DNA of 64,000 bases from Anoxybacillaceae bacterium. GTDB lineage: Bacteria > Bacillota > Bacilli > Bacillales > Anoxybacillaceae. A program made the position numbers and the translations under genes. The stretch is taken from positions 31,683-95,682 of the forward strand of contig JBHGYD010000006.1 of assembly GCA_041920415.1 (NCBI GenBank), written 5' to 3'. The notes under the pieces were generated by a model. That model saw only the letters and a program-made list of their open reading frames with translations. It searched no databases and was not told the origin of the DNA. Below, piece by piece: positions 31,382-39,996 of the stretch (position 1 is its first letter; the number at the start of each line of letters is the position of its first letter).

Positions 31382-32095
31382 CTAACTGATCTGAATAGAA
31401 AAAAAGTAGTCTTTAACGATTTGTTTGATTGCTTCTTCTCCGTTTGGATCAAAACTAATCACTAAAGAAGTAGCGGGGCCTGATGAAGCATGCAGCGGTA
31501 ATGCGCAAGAACATGGCGAGGATTCAAGGTTGTTGTCGTGTAAAAGCTCTTGGAGTTCATGCCAAATTCCTTTCGAACCAACGGGGACAAGTTCGTAAAT
31601 TTCAGTCCTGTGCAACAGTTGTCGAAACAAAGATAGCGGTAGCACGCGGTCGCGATGCTTGATTACCTCATCGCCGACGAGCGGCTCGCCGATAACGGCA
31701 AATTTCGCTTTCGCAGGCGTTTTTCCAACGCGTTTTTGCGCTTTGTTGACCGTTCCAATAACAGTAACACCGACAGCTGATTGTAACGTTGGAAAATTAG
31801 ATTCCGTACTTCCGACAATCGGTAATGTAAGGTCAAGCTCGGCAAGCGCGTTGCGAATGCCGGCACAAAGCGCTTTCCACGCCTCGTCGTGAACAAAATT
31901 TTGCAAGACAACCGCCATTGGGGTTGCGCCGACACACATGACTTCCATTAGTGCTACGCGTGCCGCAAAATATGCCACTGTTTCATATGGAACACGAACG
32001 ATATCCGCTTCCTTTAAACCAATCGCTGCAGAGCCATCCGTCGCAATAACAAGCTCTTCGTTTTCATGAAGCGGCAAAAACAACACATCACGCAT
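31382..32095 (-). CDS. cblS: PurM/ThiL-like (AIR-synthase-related) kinase, alpha-ribazole kinase CblS-like
   Basis: An AIR-synthase-related fold (ATDGSAAIG, MCVGATPMAV). The ATG at 32095 overlaps the cblT stop (ATGCGTGA). It is the last gene of the B12-riboswitch operon. Confidence 0.7.
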   Translation of the reverse strand: MRDVLFLPLHENEELVIATDGSAAIGLKEADIVRVPYETVAYFAARVALMEVMCVGATPMAVVLQNFVHDEAWKALCAGIRNALAELDLTLPIVGSTESNFPTLQSAVGVTVIGTVNKAQKRVGKTPAKAKFAVIGEPLVGDEVIKHRDRVLPLSLFRQLLHRTEIYELVPVGSKGIWHELQELLHDNNLESSPCSCALPLHASSGPATSLVISFDPNGEEAIKQIVKDYFFSIQIS

Positions 32096-32585
32096 GCGGC
32101 ATCTTCTCGCGATCGATGGCTCCAATTTTGAAGAGAGCTGGAATGACGGCAACAGAAACAACAACATTCGCTGCCGTCCCAACTGCAAGCGACGGAATGA
32201 TCGCCATCACAAACGCACTGCCCATGAAAAATAAAAACGGAAGCGGAGCAAGAAACGCATTGCCGATGAAAAAGAAACTGTACGCAACCTTTTTCCAATT
32301 GTTCTGAAACAACCACCCAAACACGTAAACAAGCAAGCCCATTTCCAACGCAACAAGTCCATGAAACGCTCCTAACGGAAACCCGGCAAAAAACGCCGAC
32401 GAAAGATGACCGATTGCGGCAACAAGCGCACCCTCGTTTCGCCCAAGCAACGCCGCAGCCACTAACGCCGGCGCACTATCTAACGCAATGCTGCCAATAC
32501 TCGTTGGAAGCTTTACTAACGAACCAATCACCGATAAACTGACAAACAAAACGACGACAGCGAATCGCTTTATATCTCGCATCAC
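32088..32585 (-). CDS. cblT: ECF-type S-component-like membrane protein, alpha-ribazole transporter CblT-like
   Basis: 165 aa with 5-6 TM helices. It is adjacent to and coupled with the cblS-like gene. Confidence 0.65.
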   Translation of the reverse strand: MMRDIKRFAVVVLFVSLSVIGSLVKLPTSIGSIALDSAPALVAAALLGRNEGALVAAIGHLSSAFFAGFPLGAFHGLVALEMGLLVYVFGWLFQNNWKKVAYSFFFIGNAFLAPLPFLFFMGSAFVMAIIPSLAVGTAANVVVSVAVIPALFKIGAIDREKMPHA

Positions 32586-33155
32586 TTATACCTCCTTATC
32601 GCGAAACACTATCGCGCTTCGTTCATATTCAACGTCCTTCACACCTAAGCGCGCATTAATGACACGAGCAACGGCAAAAAAGTAATCAGACAAGCGATTT
32701 ACATATTGCAAAACAATATCATTGATCGGTTCGGCTTTACTTAACGATACAATGCAACGTTCCGCTCTTCTTGTCACCGTTCGAGCGACATGAATCGCCG
32801 CCGCTGCTTTAGAGCCGCCCGGCAAAATGAACTTTTCGAGCGGAGGAGCTTCCTTGATATACTCATCGATTCTTTTTTCTAAAAACGTGACCATCTCGGT
32901 CGTCACTGTATACGGAATTTTTTGATTCACAATCGCTAAATCGCCGCCGCAATCAAACAATTCGTGTTGAATCTTTTGCAGCTCCGCATAAATATCTTGA
33001 AATTTCTCATCTTCAAGCAACGCCATCGCTTGACCGACAAATGAATTGACCTCATCTAACGTTCCGTACGCTTCCACACGCAAATGATCTTTATCCACCC
33101 TACCCCCAATCAAGCTCGTTTTTCCTTTATCTCCTGTACGCGTATATAATTTCAT
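32586..33155 (-). CDS. pduO: ATP:cob(I)alamin adenosyltransferase, PduO type
   Basis: MKLYTRTGDKGKTSLIGGRVDKDHLRVEAYGTLDEVNS is the hallmark PduO/YvqK N-terminus. Confidence 0.9.
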   Translation of the reverse strand: MKLYTRTGDKGKTSLIGGRVDKDHLRVEAYGTLDEVNSFVGQAMALLEDEKFQDIYAELQKIQHELFDCGGDLAIVNQKIPYTVTTEMVTFLEKRIDEYIKEAPPLEKFILPGGSKAAAAIHVARTVTRRAERCIVSLSKAEPINDIVLQYVNRLSDYFFAVARVINARLGVKDVEYERSAIVFRDKEV

Positions 33156-33168
33156 CCTACCTTCCCCC

Positions 33169-33585
33169 TTATTTTATTCGTTCGGCTAACCCACACCAGA
33201 CGCGGTCAACGCGATCACATCGTTTCACTAACTCTTGATAACACCATCCCGTCACATCGCGCCAGTTTCGCTCCTCTTTTGTTAGCGGGACAATTCCTTG
33301 TGTGATATCACAACCAATCCATACGACCGTTCTTTCGTACTTCTCCTGTTCCCAATCGTGCCACGTTTGAAAAACATGTTCCCAATGAGCGCGATTTGGC
33401 ATACGGCGAATCCATACTTCCAGCCCTTCAAAAACGACGATTGATTCGATTCTATTTTCATCTGGAAGAAAATATTCGTTTTCATATCCGTTACACCAAT
33501 GATACGATGGACCGTCATCTAATCGGTAATATTGACGCGCCCATTTTCGCTTCCCTTGAAAGGCACCTCCGACAATGAAATGCAT
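33169..33585 (-). CDS. Degenerate CobU-like protein (CobU paralogue lacking the guanylyl-His segment)
   Basis: MHFIVGGAFQGKRKWARQYY aligns with CobU MMVFISGGVRSGKSEVAERYV. The C-terminus WIGCDITQGIVPLTKEERNWRDVTGW aligns with CobU VIVSNELFSGGVPDDLGTYHFMKMLGW. The ATG at 33585 lies 6 nt after GAAGGAG. Confidence 0.6.
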   Translation of the reverse strand: MHFIVGGAFQGKRKWARQYYRLDDGPSYHWCNGYENEYFLPDENRIESIVVFEGLEVWIRRMPNRAHWEHVFQTWHDWEQEKYERTVVWIGCDITQGIVPLTKEERNWRDVTGWCYQELVKRCDRVDRVWCGLAERIK

Positions 33586-34178
33586 CGTTTTCGCTCCTTC
33601 CATCGCTCAAACGTCGACGCTAACGTAAACCCGCCACCAAACGGAACGCACCATTCCCAAAAGGAACGTGCCGTTGGAGCGTAGCGTTCAAGCACATATC
33701 GAATCGGACCGCCATGCGTCACAACGATGACATGGCAAGCGCGTAAATGTTGCGCAAGTTCAATCGTACGCGCAAGCGCTGCCTCCATTCTTGTTTGAAA
33801 CTCGACATAGCTTTCCCCGTTCGGCGGAGCTACAGAAAATGGCGATTGCAGCCACATTTGATACTCTTTTATTTCTTTCAACTCCGCGAACGTTTTTCCT
33901 TCCCAATCTCCAAAATGAATTTCGCGCCACTCGCTCATTTCATAAACAGGTATGGTCATGTTGCCGAATACGATCGCGCGCGTTTGCCGGCAACGGATTA
34001 AATCGCTTGACACAATGAAATCTGCATTCTGATCGAAAAAAACACTGAGCCTTTTTAGCCGAAGCATCTCACGTTCCATAAGCGGCACATCAGTAAAACC
34101 GATATAGCGCTTTTCTTCATTTTCCTTTGTTATACCGTGACGAAGAAATGTAATAGCCAAATGATGAACCATAAGCAC
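33519..34178 (-). CDS. cobC: Alpha-ribazole-5'-phosphate phosphatase (histidine phosphatase family)
   Basis: Carries the RHG motif (FLRHGITKEN) and a later HGG. The GTG at 34178 lies 7 nt after AAGGAG. The function is assigned from operon context. Confidence 0.8.
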   Translation of the reverse strand: MLMVHHLAITFLRHGITKENEEKRYIGFTDVPLMEREMLRLKRLSVFFDQNADFIVSSDLIRCRQTRAIVFGNMTIPVYEMSEWREIHFGDWEGKTFAELKEIKEYQMWLQSPFSVAPPNGESYVEFQTRMEAALARTIELAQHLRACHVIVVTHGGPIRYVLERYAPTARSFWEWCVPFGGGFTLASTFERWKERKRCISLSEVPFKGSENGRVNITD

Positions 34179-34909
34179 GTTTCCACTCCTTCAACAAACG
34201 CCCCAAGCGTGTCACCGGTAATGCCGCCAAATTGTTTTTCATAAAACGATCGCGCCCAGAAAAAGCAAAGAAGCGCTCCCATCGTCAATAGGGTCATCTC
34301 CAAAAACAAATGAAAAACGACCACGCTCATACACGCAAGCAACACTGCCATCACGAAATATGCATCACGCTTTAAGACATGTTCGCGAAACGCGGCAGCC
34401 ATTCCGGTCGGTTTCGCTAAACGACCATATACGAGCAACAGCGCCATAAAGCCGCGTGATAGTAATGGAATCATCATGAAGACAACGATTGAAACATGCG
34501 ACTGAATCGTTTCATACATAAATAAAAACCGAAACGCCAAAAGAAAAACGATCGACAATACCGCAAACGCGCCGACGCGAGAATCCTTCATAATCTCTTG
34601 TCTTCGCTCTACATCGCGATACGAAAAAAACGCATCGCTCACATCCATCCACCCGTCAGCATGCAATCCTCCGGACAAAAAAACAGACAAAAACAGAAGC
34701 GAAAGCGAAAGAAACAAAGGCGAAACCGGCGTCAATGAAGAAAAAAACAAATACCACCCCGCTAGCATTCCCCCTATCAATAGACCTACAATAGGAAAAC
34801 AGCGAACCGACCAACGCGCTGTTTCTTGTTCCCAACTCACTTCTTTCTGAATGGGAATCACCGTCAAAAATTGCAATGACAACAGCAGCCCATGCCATAT
34901 CATTTTCAT
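34130..34909 (-). CDS. cobS: Adenosylcobinamide-GDP ribazoletransferase (cobalamin synthase)
   Basis: 259 aa and polytopic, with a CobS N-terminus (LSLQFLTVIPI). Confidence 0.88.
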   Translation of the reverse strand: MKMIWHGLLLSLQFLTVIPIQKEVSWEQETARWSVRCFPIVGLLIGGMLAGWYLFFSSLTPVSPLFLSLSLLFLSVFLSGGLHADGWMDVSDAFFSYRDVERRQEIMKDSRVGAFAVLSIVFLLAFRFLFMYETIQSHVSIVVFMMIPLLSRGFMALLLVYGRLAKPTGMAAAFREHVLKRDAYFVMAVLLACMSVVVFHLFLEMTLLTMGALLCFFWARSFYEKQFGGITGDTLGAFVEGVETCLWFIIWLLHFFVTV

Positions 34910-35466
34910 TCAATTCCCTCTCCTTTTTTCAAAAAAGGGATGCCATGTTGCACAAGAATCGCCACAGAGGCGCTGGCGACAATTTGTTGGTGCAGCCAGC
35001 CCAGCATTTTCATAAAATGATATGTGCCAAGATCATCAGGCACTCCACCTGAAAATAATTCATTTGAAACGATTACAAACGCTTTACTACGAGCAGCGAG
35101 CCCGCGCACCGCCTCCAAAATACCAATCGCTTTTTGAAAACAAGCCTCTTCTTGTTTCCACCCTTCATCGCGAAACAATTCATTTGCGAGTAAATTTGTC
35201 AAACAGTCAAGCAATAGAACATCATTTGAACCAAACCGGGCAACAAGTTCGTGTAACCCTGTCGGTTGTTCCCATGTCACCCATCGAAGCGATTGCCGAG
35301 CGCGCTGCTCTTGATGACGGGCAATGCGCATGTTCATTTCGTCATCCACTGCTTGGGCGGTCGCAATATAGTGAACGGAATCTTCATCGGAAGCGAGTGT
35401 TCTTACATATCGCTCGGCCACTTCGCTTTTTCCGCTGCGAACACCGCCGCTAATAAATACCATCAT
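34906..35466 (-). CDS. cobU: Bifunctional adenosylcobinamide kinase / adenosylcobinamide-phosphate guanylyltransferase
   Basis: P-loop GGVRSGKS and YIATAQAVDDEMNMRIARHQ (His segment). It has ATGA overlaps with both neighbours. Confidence 0.9.
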   Translation of the reverse strand: MMVFISGGVRSGKSEVAERYVRTLASDEDSVHYIATAQAVDDEMNMRIARHQEQRARQSLRWVTWEQPTGLHELVARFGSNDVLLLDCLTNLLANELFRDEGWKQEEACFQKAIGILEAVRGLAARSKAFVIVSNELFSGGVPDDLGTYHFMKMLGWLHQQIVASASVAILVQHGIPFLKKGEGIE

Positions 35467-36533
35467 CTCGACCACCTTGTTAACACGTGTAATAATTGAT
35501 CATTTTCTTCTTTTGTTTTAACCGCCAAACGCAAATACCGCCCATCAAGACCGCGAAAGTTTGCGGTGTGGCGCGGAATAAGCCCCTCTTTCAACAAATC
35601 ATATAATAACTTTTCCGTCGAGAGATGCGGCGCCCGTAATAAATAAAAATTGGCAACCGATGGCGACACGTAATAGCCAGATTCCTCCAAAATCGCTTTG
35701 ATTCGTGCGCGTTCAAAAGCAATCATTCGTTTTGTATGTACAACAAACTCATTCATCGGTAATAAATGCAACGCGAGTTGTTGCGCAACTTGGCTGACGC
35801 TCCACGGCGGCTGCAACATTTTTACCTTTTCGATGATGTCTGCGTTCGCCACGATGTATCCAATACGTACACCGGCTAAATGATACATTTTCGTGAGCGA
35901 ACGAATGACGATAAGATGAGGAAACGAATGAATCCATTCAAGCGCGGTAAACGCTTCCTCCCAAAAATGATAAAACGCTTCATCGATTGCCACAAACGTA
36001 TTCGCTCGCTCTGCCACTTCTAGAAGCGAATACAGCTGTTCTTTTGTCATTACCGTTCCCGTCGGGTTGTTCGGGTGACAGAGAAAGAACACATCGACTT
36101 GCTCGACCAGCTCTAGCAGCTTGCTTTGTTCATAAGTCCAATCGCTCGCTTCATCAGAAACAATAGAGAAAATGGAGCAACCATTCACCTCACACGCCCG
36201 ACGATATTCAGAAAACGTCGGTTCAGCGAGGCCTACTTTTTTCCCGGAAAATAATTGGGCAAGAAGATAAATGCATTGCGAAGCGCCGTTTCCGATGAGT
36301 AGCTGTTCTTTTGAAATACGTTCCAAACGGGCAATATAGCTTACTAGCTCAGAAGCGTCAGGGTCGGGATATTCCATCGACCAACGATAAAATTCGGCTT
36401 GCGTCGGCAGCATAGAAAGCGGCAACGAATACGGATTCGTATTGACACTAAAATCGATCCATGCTTTCGGAAACGGAAGGCCGACACGTTCATACAATTG
36501 ACGAGGATTAGCCCCATGAAACGGCAAATTCAA
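35463..36533 (-). CDS. cobD: Threonine-phosphate decarboxylase (class I/II aminotransferase fold)
   Basis: 356 aa with a PLP-lysine context (SLTKMYHLAGVRIGY). It uses a TTG start 7 nt after AGGAGGG. The function is assigned from operon context. Confidence 0.8.
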   Translation of the reverse strand: MNLPFHGANPRQLYERVGLPFPKAWIDFSVNTNPYSLPLSMLPTQAEFYRWSMEYPDPDASELVSYIARLERISKEQLLIGNGASQCIYLLAQLFSGKKVGLAEPTFSEYRRACEVNGCSIFSIVSDEASDWTYEQSKLLELVEQVDVFFLCHPNNPTGTVMTKEQLYSLLEVAERANTFVAIDEAFYHFWEEAFTALEWIHSFPHLIVIRSLTKMYHLAGVRIGYIVANADIIEKVKMLQPPWSVSQVAQQLALHLLPMNEFVVHTKRMIAFERARIKAILEESGYYVSPSVANFYLLRAPHLSTEKLLYDLLKEGLIPRHTANFRGLDGRYLRLAVKTKEENDQLLHVLTRWSR

Positions 36534-37461
36534 TCATCATCCCTCCTATCCAAAGCAATATGATAAAAGCGAAAACGGTGCGAATCATGACGTTCACTGC
36601 TTTGCGAATATGCTCTTTTTGCAATTCAGCGAGCGGCTCGCCAATGTTCGGACGATGAGAAACCACACCTTTATACGTATTCGTTCCCCCAAGCTGCACA
36701 CCAAGCAGTGCGGCCATTGCCGCTTCACCCCAGCCGCTGTTTGGACTTGGATGTTTGCGCGCGTCTCGCATGAGCACCTTGAAACAATGGCGAATGGTTG
36801 TAGTATTGACAATCACCATAACGATAGCCGTCAACCGCGCCGGTATATAGTTGAACACATCATCTAATCGCGCCGATGCCCAACCGAAATCGCGATATTC
36901 ATCATTTTTATAGCCAAGCATCGAATCACACGTATTGACGGCACGATACACAAGCGCCAAAGGTCCTCCGCCAAGAAGCGCATAAAAAAGCGGAGCCGTA
37001 ATAACATCGCTCGTATTTTCTGCGACCGTCTCGACACAAGCGCGCACGATTTCTCGCTCATCGAGTCTCTCCGTATCCCGTCCAACGATCATGCTTAACT
37101 CTTTTCGCGCCTTCTCCATGTCGCCTTGTTCAAGCGGCACAAGCACACTCCAAGCGGCATCTTTTAAGCTTTTTGTCGCAATCGCCGTAAAAATAAGAAG
37201 CGCTTCTATAAAGATGCCAAATCCTGTGGCTATTCGATAACTGACATACAAGAGAAAAAAGCTGATGGCATGCACCGTCAAACAAACAATGGCGACGGTC
37301 ATAATTCCTTTTAGGCGCCGATAGCAACCGTGATTGAAACGGCGGTCAAAGTAAGCAATGAACGCTCCCATTCCGCGCACAGGATGCGGCAACCAACGCG
37401 GATCACCGATGAAAAAGTCTATCATCACCGCCAGTACAATTGCTAAAAGATGATCAATCAT
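36508..37461 (-). CDS. cbiB: Adenosylcobinamide-phosphate synthase
   Basis: Has the CbiB N-terminus (IGDPRWLPHPVRGMG) and is polytopic. The ATG at 37461 overlaps the upstream stop by 8 nt. The track start at 37569 is rejected. Confidence 0.88.
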   Translation of the reverse strand: MIDHLLAIVLAVMIDFFIGDPRWLPHPVRGMGAFIAYFDRRFNHGCYRRLKGIMTVAIVCLTVHAISFFLLYVSYRIATGFGIFIEALLIFTAIATKSLKDAAWSVLVPLEQGDMEKARKELSMIVGRDTERLDEREIVRACVETVAENTSDVITAPLFYALLGGGPLALVYRAVNTCDSMLGYKNDEYRDFGWASARLDDVFNYIPARLTAIVMVIVNTTTIRHCFKVLMRDARKHPSPNSGWGEAAMAALLGVQLGGTNTYKGVVSHRPNIGEPLAELQKEHIRKAVNVMIRTVFAFIILLWIGGMMIEFAVSWG

Positions 37462-38941
37462 TGGCCGCGCCTCTTCGCTGTTGATACTTGCAAAGCGCCT
37501 CTCTTGTCGCTTCGTAGACAGAACGGCCGATTGCTTTTCCAAGCGGCGTAATCGTGCCGGCGTAGTCAAAGGCTGTATTTATTTGCGAGGCGGCAATCGC
37601 GATACAATCGGTCGATGTGCCGGTAGCCATCGTGTTCGTTTCTGGATCGAGGACATGCTCGTCGTACAGCGCTTTCGTTTTTGCTTCGGTTGCCGTCATC
37701 ATCGCTTGCACGTACGCCGCTTCCGTCAATTGCCCGTCAATGAACACAATGATGTTAATCGTACTGACTTCTTGTGTGCTTTTCGTTCGCTCCCATGCTT
37801 TCGCCACATCAACCGCGTTTCCAATACCTGCTGTGACGATCGTAAACAATGAAAACGTTTCTTCTTTCCGATATACATATGCAGCGTCTTCTAAACAAAC
37901 GGCTGTCATCATGCCAATCGTCCGCTGCACATCAAACGCATGCGCCCGCAAATATTGCTTCATTTCCTCTTCCGCATCGTCGCATCGGTAATCTTTCGGC
38001 ACATGCCGGTTGACAAAATGGGTCGCCCATTGAAAACCAGCTCCGACAAGCGCAGATGACAACACTTTAAACGGCTGTGAAGCGGTGACAGTGATTCGTT
38101 CATCATTGACCATGATGGTGAAACGGTCGCGTATATCTGTTTCCCTTTTCAACTGTTCGATTTCTGGTAAAAACGTCACAAACGGCTTTGGCACGACCGG
38201 ATGCGCTTGACGCCTTACAGGTGCGCCAAACACGTTCCGCAATGTTACTTCTTGGATAACATCGCCCGGCTCATTCACACGAACGACTTTCCCTTGGTCA
38301 AGTAAAAGAATGCGGTCACAATATAAGCTAGCAAGATTGATATCATGAAAAATCGCAATAACCGTTAGCTGCTTTTCCCTTGTCCATTTGGCAAGACGAT
38401 CTAGCAATTTGATTTGCTGGGCGATATCCATATGGTTCGTTGGCTCGTCTAAAAGCAGAAGCTCCGGCTCTTGCGCGAGCGCCCGCGCTAAATACACACG
38501 CTGCCGTTCCCCTCCGCTTAACCGGTCAATTCCTTGCTCTTGTTTGACCAGTAATCCCACTTGCTGGAGCGCTTCCGTGACCGCCTGTTCATCTTTCGCT
38601 GTCCACTTTGGAAACAGCCCGCTTTGATAGGCATAACGCCCAAGCTCGACCGTTTCTTTCACTGTGTAACCGAATGTATGATCTACGCTTTGCGGCAACA
38701 CGGCAACAAGGCGAGCCAATTCCTTTTGCGAAAACAAAGTAAGCGGCTTCCCGTTGAGGGAAATCGTTCCTGTTTGCAACGGTAATTCTTTGCATAACAA
38801 CTTTAATAAAGTTGTTTTTCCGCTGCCATTTGGTCCTAAAATGCCGAACAATTCCCCTTTTTGAACGGTAAATGTCACACCATCTAACACCGTTTTCTCA
38901 TCATAACGATATGACACATCGTTGACTTCTAGCATTTCCAT
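37454..38941 (-). CDS. Fusion protein: ABC transporter ATPase (BtuD/FepC-like) plus a CbiZ-type adenosylcobinamide amidohydrolase domain
   Basis: The N-terminal ~260 aa carry Walker A GPNGSGKTT, the signature LSGGERQR and Walker B LLLLDEP. The C-terminal ~230 aa carry CbiZ-like blocks (LSSALVGAG, VTAGIGNAVD, TINIIVFIDG, ATEAKTKAL, TGTSTD). Confidence 0.8.
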   Translation of the reverse strand: MEMLEVNDVSYRYDEKTVLDGVTFTVQKGELFGILGPNGSGKTTLLKLLCKELPLQTGTISLNGKPLTLFSQKELARLVAVLPQSVDHTFGYTVKETVELGRYAYQSGLFPKWTAKDEQAVTEALQQVGLLVKQEQGIDRLSGGERQRVYLARALAQEPELLLLDEPTNHMDIAQQIKLLDRLAKWTREKQLTVIAIFHDINLASLYCDRILLLDQGKVVRVNEPGDVIQEVTLRNVFGAPVRRQAHPVVPKPFVTFLPEIEQLKRETDIRDRFTIMVNDERITVTASQPFKVLSSALVGAGFQWATHFVNRHVPKDYRCDDAEEEMKQYLRAHAFDVQRTIGMMTAVCLEDAAYVYRKEETFSLFTIVTAGIGNAVDVAKAWERTKSTQEVSTINIIVFIDGQLTEAAYVQAMMTATEAKTKALYDEHVLDPETNTMATGTSTDCIAIAASQINTAFDYAGTITPLGKAIGRSVYEATREALCKYQQRRGAAND

Positions 38942-39996
38942 CACGTCTTTCTTTTCATCCTTTTGAAAAATAAGAACGCAAACAGCGGAGCGCCAATCAA
39001 AGAAGTAATCACTCCGATCGGCAATTCACGCGGTGAAATCATCGTTCGCGCCGCCAAATCAGCTAGGACGAGAAACGCACCGCCATACAAAAGCGACAAT
39101 GGTAAAAGCAAGCGATGATTCGGTCCGCAAACGAGCCGCACCATATGCGGAACAACTAAGCCGACAAAACCGATCGTGCCAGAGACGGCAACAGCAGCGC
39201 CTGTCAGTAGAGAAGCTCCTGTTAAAATAGCGATTTTCCGTTTGGCGACATCCACACCAATGTGAGCCGCTGCGGTCTCCCCAAATGCAAATGCATTGAG
39301 TTCACGAGAGTTCCATAACAATAACAAAGAACCGATAAGAAAAAACGGCAAGATCATGATCGTATAATTCCAGCCGCGCATCGCCACGCTTCCCATGAGC
39401 CACGTAATGATTTGCCGCAATTCTTCTCCCGTCAACGCAATCATCAGCGAAATGAGCGCACTAAAAAACGCACTACACATAATCCCTGTCAAAATAATCG
39501 TTTCAATCGACATGTTTCGTTCAGCCGCTCTTGTAAATAGAAGTACAAGAAACAGCGTACAAAGCCCAGAAATAATGCTAATGACCGGCAATGTAAAGGT
39601 GCCGACAAACGGCAAATGGATTCCAAAAAAAAGCACGATAACGGCACCGACAGAAGCACCGGAAGACACACCAAGCGTATACGGGTCGGCTAGCGCATTT
39701 TTCAATAATCCTTGAAACGCCGCTCCCGCTAGCGCGAGCGAAGCGCCAACAAAAAAGGCTAATACAACGCGCGGCAAGCGAATCGCCATGACGACTTGAA
39801 CAAGGTTAGTAGGGATGTCACTTCTTAATGGTATTCCAAACCATTTGTATAAAAAAATATCAACAATAGTAGAAAAGGGAATCGATAAAGAGCCTATCGA
39901 TATCCCTATCAAAAGAGAAACGGTGACAGCAACGAGCGTCACTGCGTAAATGACTACATTTTTATTTAAAAACTTCTGGATAAATCGCTTTGGCAA
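38941..39996 (-). CDS. btuC: Cobalamin/iron-siderophore-type ABC permease (FecCD family, BtuC-like)
   Basis: 351 aa and polytopic, FecCD-like. The start is uncertain (TTG at 39996 overlaps btuF by 35 nt; GTG at 39942 is an alternative). Confidence 0.85.
   Translation of the reverse strand: MPKRFIQKFLNKNVVIYAVTLVAVTVSLLIGISIGSLSIPFSTIVDIFLYKWFGIPLRSDIPTNLVQVVMAIRLPRVVLAFFVGASLALAGAAFQGLLKNALADPYTLGVSSGASVGAVIVLFFGIHLPFVGTFTLPVISIISGLCTLFLVLLFTRAAERNMSIETIILTGIMCSAFFSALISLMIALTGEELRQIITWLMGSVAMRGWNYTIMILPFFLIGSLLLLWNSRELNAFAFGETAAAHIGVDVAKRKIAILTGASLLTGAAVAVSGTIGFVGLVVPHMVRLVCGPNHRLLLPLSLLYGGAFLVLADLAARTMISPRELPIGVITSLIGAPLFAFLFFKRMKRKT

Noticed and set aside
31015-31452. A 145-aa minus-strand ORF spanning the sigX 5' region
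   Set aside because: It crosses the operon terminator and the sigma-X promoter and overlaps sigX out of frame.
36508-37569. A 353-aa version of cbiB
   Set aside because: The first 36 codons overlap the btuD-cbiZ gene. The ATG at 37461 matches the conserved CbiB N-terminus.
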